From IMG/VR virus record IMGVR_UViG_3300022699_000217, positions 20,697 through 84,696 of that record: a DNA stretch of 64,000 bases. The stretch is one strand, 5' to 3'. Position 1 is the stretch's first letter. Every line of letters begins with the position of its first letter. Position numbers and translations under genes: made by a program. Shown piece after piece: positions 10,583 to 19,341 of this stretch. The notes under the pieces were generated by a model. That model saw nothing but the letters and a program-made list of their open reading frames with translations. It searched no databases and was not told the origin of the DNA. Source of the DNA: a virus.

Positions 10583-10993
10583 GTGGCGAATGAAATCGAA
10601 CAATTTGGACGCGGCATAATCTGCCCATTTCAGCGTGATGGGAAGGGCGATTTTGCGAATGCGGGTGGTACGCGGTTGTTATCCAGCGACATCGGGGAAC
10701 TGCTCGGGGTGCTCGGGCCTACGCCGACGAAGCCGGGGGAGCTACCGTGGCGCACGGAGATTGGAAGCCGGCTTCATGCGCTGCGGCATCGCAGGATGCA
10801 TTCAGAGCTGGTCCGTGCGATGGCAGAACAGATGACATCCGGCCCCGTTCGTCAGTGGGAGCCGCGAGTGCGCCCTGGCCCCACGCAGGTGTCCGAGGAT
10901 GGCGAGAGCACGATGCAGATCCGATTTTCGTATATCCCAGTCGGCAACCGCCAGGAGGCGACCGTCGCTCACGTGTTCACGGTGGAGGAATAA
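10583..10993 (+). CDS. baseplate wedge / sheath initiator (T4 gp25 / P2 gpW-like)
   Basis: GIICPFQR...PGELPWRTEIGSRL...QWEPRV gp25 pattern; GTG start with GGAGG. Confidence 0.85.
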   Translation: MANEIEQFGRGIICPFQRDGKGDFANAGGTRLLSSDIGELLGVLGPTPTKPGELPWRTEIGSRLHALRHRRMHSELVRAMAEQMTSGPVRQWEPRVRPGPTQVSEDGESTMQIRFSYIPVGNRQEATVAHVFTVEE

Positions 10994-12520
10994 ATGCCGA
11001 TCTTGCCCGCATCAACCGATTATACCGATAAGGATTTCGATAGCCTGCGAGCGCGACTATTCAATCTGATTCAATCGGTGTTCCCAAACTGGTCTGTGAC
11101 AGCCGTTGCCAACTTCGGGAACCTGCTCGTGGAATCGTTCGCGTTCATCGGAGACGTGCTCACGTTCTACCAGGACCAGCAAGCCCGCGAGGGGCGTCTG
11201 GCGACCGTGCAACTGCGGAAGAACATGATCGCCCTGGCAAAGCTCATCGGCTACGATCTTCGCCCGGCGGCGGCGGCGTCAGCCGATGTGGTGCTCACGC
11301 TGACCAACGCGGCGGATCTCGTCGGCACCGTGACCCCGGACCCGGCCGCGTTGTCGGTCGTCCTGCGAACCAACGAGATCACAAATCCGATTCGCGGTGA
11401 GCTGGTCGGTCCCGTCTCGTTCAACTTGGCGGCTGGGGAAACCTCGAAGACTTTTACCTGGCGACACGCTTTAACCCGTCCGACCTATGTGGTTGCGAGC
11501 ACGGGCAAGCCCGACCAGGTCCTTTATGCCCCGTATACGCCGTTCCTCGCGGATGGCAGTGAGGTCGTATCGACCACTGCCGACGGCACGTTCACGCGGG
11601 TCGAGTCGTTCCTTGAATCCGGGCCGAACGATTTGCACTACGTTCGTCTGATCGATCAGAATGACCGAGCGGCCTTCCGCTTTGGCGATGGTCGCAACGG
11701 CAAGGTGCCCACCGGCGACATTCGGATCCAGTACAAGACCGGAGGCGGCATCGACGGCAACGTGGATCAGGACAGCCTCGTCTCCGTGGAGACGTCGTTC
11801 TTTGACACGACCGGGCGACGTGCGTACCTATCGGCGACGAATCCGGCGGCGGCATCGGGCGGCGTCGCGCGCGAGGAGGTCGAGGCGGCTCGGGTCAACG
11901 CGCCGGAGAGCCTGCGGGTTCTGAACCGCACGGTTGCGCGCGAGGACTATGAGATCAACGCGCGTCGGGTCGACGGGGTGGGTAGAGCCCTCATGCTCAC
12001 GAGCAACGAGGACGTCACTGTGGGCGAGAACCGTGGCAAGCTATACGTCATACCAAGCTCGGGCGGCACGCCGTCAGGAGCGCTCCTGGACGCGGTAAAG
12101 ACGATGTGCACGGTCACGTACCCGAACACGATAACGTTCCAGCTCGAGGTGCTACCAGCCGCCTACGAAACCATTGACATCGTCGCCATGGTTTGGCTGC
12201 GGGAGAACTACACCCCCTCCACTGTGAAGGCCGACATCCTCGCGGCGCTGGCGGCGTTCTTCCAACCGATGAATACGGATGGCACGGCGAACGACGCTGT
12301 GGACTTCGGGTTTAACTACAAGGATGCCGATGGGCTGCCCGCTGGCGAGATCGCCTGGTCGGATGTGTTCAACGCGATTCGCGACCGCGCGGGTGTGCGC
12401 AAGCTTGATCAGGCGATGTTGCTTAATGGGGCGGTTGACGACGTATCGATCTCCAACTGGGAGTTTCCGGCACTGGGAACCGTGACGATCATCAATGGTG
12501 ACACCGGCACCGCATTGTAG
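10994..12520 (+). CDS. baseplate wedge protein (P2 gpJ / T4 gp6-like)
   Basis: YTDKDFDSLRARL...LLVESFAFIGDVLTFYQDQQARE...LAKLIGY; FGDGRNGKVP; YKTGGGIDGNV; RTVAREDYE. Confidence 0.92.
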   Translation: MPILPASTDYTDKDFDSLRARLFNLIQSVFPNWSVTAVANFGNLLVESFAFIGDVLTFYQDQQAREGRLATVQLRKNMIALAKLIGYDLRPAAAASADVVLTLTNAADLVGTVTPDPAALSVVLRTNEITNPIRGELVGPVSFNLAAGETSKTFTWRHALTRPTYVVASTGKPDQVLYAPYTPFLADGSEVVSTTADGTFTRVESFLESGPNDLHYVRLIDQNDRAAFRFGDGRNGKVPTGDIRIQYKTGGGIDGNVDQDSLVSVETSFFDTTGRRAYLSATNPAAASGGVAREEVEAARVNAPESLRVLNRTVAREDYEINARRVDGVGRALMLTSNEDVTVGENRGKLYVIPSSGGTPSGALLDAVKTMCTVTYPNTITFQLEVLPAAYETIDIVAMVWLRENYTPSTVKADILAALAAFFQPMNTDGTANDAVDFGFNYKDADGLPAGEIAWSDVFNAIRDRAGVRKLDQAMLLNGAVDDVSISNWEFPALGTVTIINGDTGTAL

Positions 12521-12528
12521 GAGGAGCC

Positions 12529-13926
12529 GTGGCAGACTTTCTAAATCCGTACTTCGCAGAGCCAGCGGCCTCGGGGGTCCCCGGGGAGGCGGAGGATTGG
12601 ACCTGGTCGTCTGTCAGCGGGGCGGTCGCGTGGGCCGAGTTCAACACGGCGGCGTTCGTGGCCGCCTACCAGCGTGCACGCGAGGACTTTGAAGCCGGCT
12701 TCAGCTTGGCTTGGGATAAGAGCTACGCGAACGAGGCCGCGCGGTTGTCCGATGCCACGCTTACGCCTGCCGACATCGGCGTCATCGCTCGGCAGGAGGA
12801 CACCGATACGCTGTACGTCCTCGAGCACGATTCGCCGCCCATCTGGCAAGAGGTTCCCTCGACAAACCATGAATGGGTCGATGCGCTCATCGCGGGCATC
12901 GTCATCGCAGGCGTGTTCAACGGGGCGTCCAGCACCTTCGAGGCGACGCTGGAAACGTTCAGCGTTTGGGGCGAGCTGACGTGGCTCGTGCCGGGCCGCC
13001 CTTGGGTGGAGGTGCCGACCCTCGTGCGGCAGGATTCCAGCGGCGGGCTGACGCCCCCCTTCGACCTCGGCTTCCGGGGGTGGTATGGCACCGCGCTGCT
13101 CTCCAACGATTGGCTGCTTGGACAGGAGTCCTTCGAGGAGGGATGGGAGAACTCCCCGTTCGATGCGGCAGCGGTGCAGTGGCATCCGGGCACCGCGCCC
13201 GGCGGCATCCTGCGAAGCACCGCACTGACGTTCCCGATCACCATCCCATCCGGCAAGACCAAGTTCTTTGTCTGGCACCCGACGCTCGATGCGTTCTACC
13301 GCATCACGCTGCCGTCCGGGGTGTACGCGACCGCCGCGGATCTCGCAGCGGAGCTCGAGACCCAATGGACCGCCGCCGTGGCACCCATCGCAACCGGGCT
13401 GGAATGGGGGACCTGGTCGGAGAGCGACGGCACAGAGGGCATCACGTTCGGGCATAGCGGAGCGGTGTTCAACGAGGCGGCCATGTTCGGCGTGCATGTG
13501 GATGAGATCGAGGAGGATGTGCGCGGCCTGATCGGCTTGCATGGCCTCGGGCCGGGCGGCACCGGACCATCCTACGTGGTTTGCCAGGCGGATTATGCGA
13601 GCGACTACCCGGTGGACGTCGATGGCGAAGATCGCATCCTGCTGGACCGCTGGAGCTATCTGGATTTCATCGTCGAGTGGGACGCGACTTTGTTGTTCCA
13701 CGTGGTCGAATACGGCCAGGTCGGCGCGGTATTCAATGCGTTTTCTACGGGGCCGGACACGAAGCTGGAGACCTATCTGCTTGCCGATTGGTTCGGGGCA
13801 GGGGCAGTATGGAAGACGACGCCAACGCCGTCCGCAACCGCGCCGTTCTCGGGCGGGGTGGGCACGCTTGGCACGATTGAGAGTTTTGAATCCCCGGCGA
13901 CCAACTGGCCGGATGAATTGTACTAG
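12529..13926 (+). CDS. acidic Trp-rich baseplate-associated protein, unknown function
   Basis: GTG start after AGGAG, in the structural operon; no family recognised. Confidence 0.75.
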   Translation: MADFLNPYFAEPAASGVPGEAEDWTWSSVSGAVAWAEFNTAAFVAAYQRAREDFEAGFSLAWDKSYANEAARLSDATLTPADIGVIARQEDTDTLYVLEHDSPPIWQEVPSTNHEWVDALIAGIVIAGVFNGASSTFEATLETFSVWGELTWLVPGRPWVEVPTLVRQDSSGGLTPPFDLGFRGWYGTALLSNDWLLGQESFEEGWENSPFDAAAVQWHPGTAPGGILRSTALTFPITIPSGKTKFFVWHPTLDAFYRITLPSGVYATAADLAAELETQWTAAVAPIATGLEWGTWSESDGTEGITFGHSGAVFNEAAMFGVHVDEIEEDVRGLIGLHGLGPGGTGPSYVVCQADYASDYPVDVDGEDRILLDRWSYLDFIVEWDATLLFHVVEYGQVGAVFNAFSTGPDTKLETYLLADWFGAGAVWKTTPTPSATAPFSGGVGTLGTIESFESPATNWPDELY

Positions 13927-13934
13927 GAGCAACC

Positions 13935-14684
13935 ATGGGACAGGCAGACTGGAACGACCTCGGAGGCGCGCTATCGACGGCCAGCCTCGCACGTGGCGTC
14001 ACCGGCGGGATCGACCGGCCATCGGGTGGCGGCGATTTCGTCTATGGGTTTAACTCGCTGGATGGCACCGTGACGGGCGCTGCGGGGAAGTACGTTGACC
14101 TGACCGGCTTCACCCCGACGGGCACGCTGCTCACCGCGCCGGACGGCGGCGGAAGCATCCGTGGTGCCGTCAAGCGCGTGGCGAGCCCGAACAACACCGG
14201 GTTCAGCCCGTTCTTGTTCTTCGCCGCGCAGGGCGGCCCGCCCAACGTAAACGATGACGCCTACATGCTTGGCCTGAGCGACGCCGACCCGTACAAGATC
14301 ATGCTCGCCAAGGGGCCGATCATCGCTGGTCTCGTGGATGACGATTCGAGCCTGTACATCATCGGGGAATCCTCCGCACAGTACAGCATGGGCGACGGGC
14401 TGTGGCATCACCTCCGGCTGGATGTGATCGTCGAGCCGAACGGCGACGTTCTGCTCAAGGTGTTCGAGAACGACCTGTCGGCGAACCCAATCGCGAGCCC
14501 CGGCGGCCCGAGCTGGGTCAACGTGCCCGGCTTCAACGCGGGGGGCTTCGTCGATGACGTGCTCCAGGTGAACACCGGCAGCGCTCCGCTCTGGGGCGGA
14601 TACTGCGGGTTTGCCTTCGCGGTGGCCCAAGCGCTTAACCGTCGGGCGGCCTTCGATGGAATCGAAGCCTATAGGATGACCTGA
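13935..14684 (+). CDS. beta-sandwich (lectin/ConA-like) structural protein
   Basis: WHHLRLDVIVEPNGDVLLKVFEND resembles a ConA-like beta-sandwich; SD AGGAG. Confidence 0.55.
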   Translation: MGQADWNDLGGALSTASLARGVTGGIDRPSGGGDFVYGFNSLDGTVTGAAGKYVDLTGFTPTGTLLTAPDGGGSIRGAVKRVASPNNTGFSPFLFFAAQGGPPNVNDDAYMLGLSDADPYKIMLAKGPIIAGLVDDDSSLYIIGESSAQYSMGDGLWHHLRLDVIVEPNGDVLLKVFENDLSANPIASPGGPSWVNVPGFNAGGFVDDVLQVNTGSAPLWGGYCGFAFAVAQALNRRAAFDGIEAYRMT

Positions 14685-15823
14685 TGAGCACGTGGTTCGA
14701 CAGGCTACGTGGCGAGACGCAAGGGCGCATCGTTCCACAGGTGTTGACTGCGACCGAGGGGACCCACGTGTTCGTGCTCGGTTCGGAGCAGGGCGGCGAG
14801 GCCGCTATCCTGCAGGCGAACGACTACACCGAGGTCCACCAAACCTTGGATCTCACGGGCATCGATCTCGTCGGCGCGACGATGGAAACGCTCGGTGTAG
14901 CGATGGACCAATTCGAGCACCCCGTCGGCATGGGCGTGGATGGCTCTACGCTCGGGCTGTGGCCCATGGATGAGAACTACAAGGGCGCGGCCAACCTCGT
15001 CCAGCCGGGCGTCAACTTGTTAGGGAAGGGCGACATCGCTATCGCGACCGAGTCCTACTCGGCGGTGGCCTCGCGCTGCCGCAAGTTCCCGGTGGCATCC
15101 GCCGACGCGCAACTGGAGGGCGTAAACACCCCGGAGATCTTGCCCGTGCCCGGCGCGTCGAATACGTACACCCTTTTGTGGTGGCTCAACTTCGATGCCG
15201 ATCAATACGTCTCATCGGACGGGGTAAACCCGGTGATTTTCAAGTGCGTCGAGGCCGGACAGAACGGGCTCGAGGTGGGGCTGCTCGGGGAAACCGGCGT
15301 CGGCCCGCCCCATCGATGGTGGATCTACGTGCGGCACCTCAACGCCGCCGCAGACCAAACCGTCGTGTTCACTGGATACCCAATAACGACGTCTGCCGGA
15401 TGGAAGATGTTTGCCATCGTGTTCGACCGAGCGCTGGTCGGTACGGCGCGCCTGAAGCTGTACGTGGACGGCGTGTTCGTGACCAACGTTGCGACGATCC
15501 CGGTCAACGCCGTGGGGCACCCCGCCGCTGGCTCGCCCTTCTACATCGGGGACTCGGCGCTGACGGGGTTGATCGATCAAGTCAAGTTCCACGGCCCGGC
15601 GATGACGCCCGTGGCAGTCAGCGATGAATATGATGCCTGCGTAGACCCGCAGGTAGTCAACGCCGCCGCGTGGAAAATGAGCGTCCGTATCGATGACGTC
15701 GTTTATTGCGAACGAACGATTGTCGCTTCCGAGGCAAGACGGTGGCGTGACTTTTACGCCCCGGTCCGGCACCTTAACGGGAATCACAAGGTTGCTTTCC
15801 GACTCCAGATCGAAGAGGTTTAG
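14684..15823 (+). CDS. LamG/concanavalin A-like domain virion protein
   Basis: YTLLWWLNF...GWKMFAIVFDR...LKLYVDGV...FYIG...GLIDQVKF..AMTP.AV is a LamG pattern. Confidence 0.75.
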   Translation: MSTWFDRLRGETQGRIVPQVLTATEGTHVFVLGSEQGGEAAILQANDYTEVHQTLDLTGIDLVGATMETLGVAMDQFEHPVGMGVDGSTLGLWPMDENYKGAANLVQPGVNLLGKGDIAIATESYSAVASRCRKFPVASADAQLEGVNTPEILPVPGASNTYTLLWWLNFDADQYVSSDGVNPVIFKCVEAGQNGLEVGLLGETGVGPPHRWWIYVRHLNAAADQTVVFTGYPITTSAGWKMFAIVFDRALVGTARLKLYVDGVFVTNVATIPVNAVGHPAAGSPFYIGDSALTGLIDQVKFHGPAMTPVAVSDEYDACVDPQVVNAAAWKMSVRIDDVVYCERTIVASEARRWRDFYAPVRHLNGNHKVAFRLQIEEV

Positions 15824-15825
15824 CG

Positions 15826-16272
15826 ATGGCTACATCGACCAGCGTTTTGAGCATCACCTATCCGAGCGAGTTCGAAGACCCGTTCCACGTCTCGCACGCG
15901 ACAGGCATGGAGGAGCTTGATGAGTGGCTCCGCATCATCTGGGAGGAGGCCACGCTTATGGTGGTCGGGGGTGGCACGTTCACCCTGGTGGGCGACACCT
16001 TCTCCTGGGATGACACCATCGAGATCATTAACCCTAGAACGAACAAGCGCATCACGGTCGCTGCGGGCAGCATCACGATTCCCGATGGCCGCGTCGCATC
16101 GCTGACCGGCGTGACACGCCCGATGGCAAATCAGGCGCTTTCCGCCTGGGAGATTAACGTTGGCGGGCCGCTGTACGACAAGACCAAGCTTGCGGTATTC
16201 CGGCGCTCCGGGTCGAACGTTTACATCTTCCGTCCGGGCATCGGGATGGAGCGCGTGACGGTTGAGGTTTAA
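15826..16272 (+). CDS. hypothetical structural protein
   Basis: Tightly coupled, beta-rich ORF in the baseplate operon. Confidence 0.7.
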   Translation: MATSTSVLSITYPSEFEDPFHVSHATGMEELDEWLRIIWEEATLMVVGGGTFTLVGDTFSWDDTIEIINPRTNKRITVAAGSITIPDGRVASLTGVTRPMANQALSAWEINVGGPLYDKTKLAVFRRSGSNVYIFRPGIGMERVTVEV

Positions 16273-16274
16273 CG

Positions 16275-18473
16275 ATGGCGATAACGATTGACCAGCTCCT
16301 TGTCACCCTCGGTGTTGATGCGTCCGAAGCGCTGGTCGTGGCTGGCCGGTTCGTCATCATCACCCGCGACCCGCAACCGGATGAGGTCGGCGTCCCCGCG
16401 AATAGCTCGGTCTATCTGCGCGTGGTCGATCTTGACGGCGTTCCCGCTGTGCCGTCGACGATTGACTTTCGGGTGTACATCGATCAAGGCGCGGGCGAGG
16501 TGCAGGCGTTTGACGGCACCAACCCGGTCGCGCCCTGGGATGGCCCCCTTGCGGTCGTCGGGCAATCGACGATTGCCGATCCATACTGCTTCAAGGATGT
16601 GCGGCTCGACCAAGCCCCCACGCTGTTCCCCAGCGAGCAGGATGTCACCGTGCACGTCGCGCTGGTCATCGGCGCCGGGGGCTGGGGCTATGCCTCCTGG
16701 GGGCACTTCCCCTGGGGGCACACTGGCGGCGTGCCGACCGTCTCCGATGTTTACTACACGTTCACCGCCGCAGACACCATCGCCCCAAACATCGTGCTCG
16801 CGGAGGCCATCGATGCGGAGACCATCCGCGTCACGTTCGACGATTCGATGGCCCTCGGCGGGCTCGGCTCGGGGCTTGCGGACGATCTGGCCGCGTGGCA
16901 GCCTGCGGGCGATTCCGTGGGCATCACGCGCCTAAACGTGGACCCGGACCCCGGCGTGACGCTGAGCGTCGAGGCCGTCTCGGCCGTGCCCGGCACGAAC
17001 GCCACGCAGTTCGATCTGACCGTCAACTGGGAGATGACGCCGCTGTGCCTGTATCAGCTCGAGGTGCGCGGCACCGTGACCGATGATGCGGGCAACGCCA
17101 TCAACTTGGCGACGGCGCAATTCGTTGGCTTCCAGCCGATCATCCCGGATGGGCGACGCTTCGACTACTGGCGCATGATGATCCCGTACAAGAACCGGGT
17201 GGAGGATGCGTCCTCGGATCTGCGGCGCTTCGCCAACTGCATCGCCGAGGTGATGCGGCTGCTCCTGTCCGACATAGATCGCTTCACCGACCAATTCGAC
17301 ATCGACCTGGCGACCGACGCCCAGATCGATGCCATGCTGTACGACATGGGGAACCCGTTCGACTGGGTGGACCTCGACCTGACGGCGGCTCAGCGGCGCA
17401 AGCTGCTCCGCGTCCTCGTCGAGATCTACAAGCTGAAGGGCACGGATACGGGCATCGAGTCCGTGGTCCTGTTCCTGCTCGGCGAGGTGGTCCGGGTCGT
17501 CGAGGCCATGGAGGGCGGCTGGGTTCTCGGCGTCGACGAGCTTGGCGAGGGCGCCATCGCACAGCTCACCAGCACCAACCCCGAGACGTACAACTTCGCC
17601 GCGCTTCCGATGGATCTGGAGCTGCTCATCGATGGAGCCCCGGTCACGTTCACCTTCGTCGCTGGCGACTTCGTCAACCCCGCTGCCGCTACGGCGCGCG
17701 AGGTGGCAGATGCGCTCAGTGGTCGGCGGTTCGTGCCGGCTACGGGCACGTACATCACGCGCCCGGAGGGGTCCCTGTTGGGCGGCGGGGCCTACGTCGA
17801 CGTGCCCGGAACGGCGGCTGTCGCCCTCGCGGGCGTCGCCGAGCCCTATGCGCTGAATGGCGGCGACACGCTGGAGCTCACCGTCAATGGCGATGCCGTC
17901 GTCATCACGTTCCATGCCGATGACTTTGCTGTGCCGGGGGCTGCGACTGCCGCAGAGGTGGCGACGCGCATCGAGCTTGACGCCCCCGCGTTGGATAGTT
18001 ATGCGGACGGCGGTGTTCTGTACTTCAGGACCCGTCACACGGGCGCGGACGCGGAGATCGTCGCGGCGGGCGGGACCGGGCTTGCATCGCTCGCCATTCT
18101 CATCGGCACAACCTGGACCGGCACGGATCTTCCCAAGGTGACGATCTACTCGAGCACAGCGGGCGCGGATGCCTCCATCCAGGCCACCGGCGGCGGCGCG
18201 CGCACCGTGCTCGGGTTCTCGACGGCGGTCAGCAGCGGCACGGGCGGGGCCATCCTCGCGCCGTCCGAAAGTTATACCCTGTATTCCTTCGACATCGAGA
18301 CGAACGGTCTGCTAGAATCGGATGTGATAGCAATCATCCGGCGGATTGCTGACTACATGAAACCGGCGCACACCCATTTGATCAATGTGCGCCCCGCTCT
18401 TGGGCTGCCGTGGCCTGAGGCGTGGTTGATTGGTATCGACGAGCTGGACATCGGGACGATGTTGGCAAGCTGA
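16275..18473 (+). CDS. baseplate wedge protein gpI/gp7-like, with Ig-like and sheath-like insertion domains
   Basis: DIDLATDAQIDAMLYDMG...RRKLLRVLVEIYKLKGTDTGIESVVLFLLG (P2 gpI core); C-terminal RRIADYMKPAHT; N-terminal DTIAPNIV..ETIRVTFDDSM is Ig-like. Confidence 0.82.
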   Translation: MAITIDQLLVTLGVDASEALVVAGRFVIITRDPQPDEVGVPANSSVYLRVVDLDGVPAVPSTIDFRVYIDQGAGEVQAFDGTNPVAPWDGPLAVVGQSTIADPYCFKDVRLDQAPTLFPSEQDVTVHVALVIGAGGWGYASWGHFPWGHTGGVPTVSDVYYTFTAADTIAPNIVLAEAIDAETIRVTFDDSMALGGLGSGLADDLAAWQPAGDSVGITRLNVDPDPGVTLSVEAVSAVPGTNATQFDLTVNWEMTPLCLYQLEVRGTVTDDAGNAINLATAQFVGFQPIIPDGRRFDYWRMMIPYKNRVEDASSDLRRFANCIAEVMRLLLSDIDRFTDQFDIDLATDAQIDAMLYDMGNPFDWVDLDLTAAQRRKLLRVLVEIYKLKGTDTGIESVVLFLLGEVVRVVEAMEGGWVLGVDELGEGAIAQLTSTNPETYNFAALPMDLELLIDGAPVTFTFVAGDFVNPAAATAREVADALSGRRFVPATGTYITRPEGSLLGGGAYVDVPGTAAVALAGVAEPYALNGGDTLELTVNGDAVVITFHADDFAVPGAATAAEVATRIELDAPALDSYADGGVLYFRTRHTGADAEIVAAGGTGLASLAILIGTTWTGTDLPKVTIYSSTAGADASIQATGGGARTVLGFSTAVSSGTGGAILAPSESYTLYSFDIETNGLLESDVIAIIRRIADYMKPAHTHLINVRPALGLPWPEAWLIGIDELDIGTMLAS

Positions 18474-18504
18474 AAAGGATAGCGATTTTATGAGTAGAAA
18501 AAAC

Positions 18505-19257
18505 CTATCGACTTCGCCTGTTCCAGGTGTCTTGAGATGCGCATTTCCTGGAGCAGTATCTTCGTTGTCGGTTGGTGTTGTTGTTCGGAACCTGGAACTC
18601 CTTCCCACAAAGCTCGCATTGTTTTTTAATTTCATAGCTGTGGTCTTTGTCCGGGAGATTGCCAATTTGATGCAAGTAACGATGACAGCGACGGCAAAGG
18701 ACGATCAAATTGGATGGCTGGAACAGAAGTCTTTCGCTTCTGTTTTTGTCCGGATCTTTGATGTGATGAACGACAAGATGTCCACTTTTTTTGCCATTGT
18801 CAATGCCGCAATTTTCGCATCTACCTTTCGCCTCAATAAGTGCATTGCTAAATTCAATCCATCCAAGACTGTTTCTCCACTTGTTTTTTTCAACTACTCG
18901 TTCATTGTATCTCTCAGTTCTTTTAGCCTTCCCAAAGCACTCCTGAGAACAATACTTTGCGCCATGTTGTTCATAGGACGATTTACACTTTCTAAATTGC
19001 TTGCCGCATTCCTCGCATGTAAGAAAAACGCCGAGGTTATCCGTCTTCCAGTTGCCATTGCATTGACGGCTACAAAAGACTTTGTCCTTGTTTGGTATGC
19101 GACATGCCGCCTTGTGGAATGTTTTGCCGCATTGCATACAAGTCCACTCGTGGTCTTTGCTTGCACGGCTGTTCGCGCATTGTTTGGAACAAAATTTCCT
19201 GTTCTTGTCGTAGCTTTCAAACGCTTTTCCGCAGTTTTCGCATGTGATTGCCTTCAT
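18505..19257 (-). mobile_element. free-standing HNH homing endonuclease with multiple CxxC...CSxxC zinc modules
   Basis: HLVVHHIKD...SNLIVLCRRCHRYLH HNH core; four CxxCGK.F...(F/Y)CS..C repeats; lower GC than the flanks; the only antisense gene; SD GAAGGAAGG. Confidence 0.9.
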
Positions 19258-19297
19258 CGTTTTTTACCTTCCTTCTTTTGTGGCACCAACTATCCGT

Positions 19298-19326
19298 ATT
19301 GTACACCGATTTCGACTGCAATACAA
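19298..19326 (-). promoter_or_regulatory. sigma70-like promoter for the HNH gene
   Basis: Minus strand TTGTAT-N17-TACAAT, about 40 nt upstream of the HNH ATG. Confidence 0.55.
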
Positions 19327-19341
19327 CTGAGAGGTATGTAG

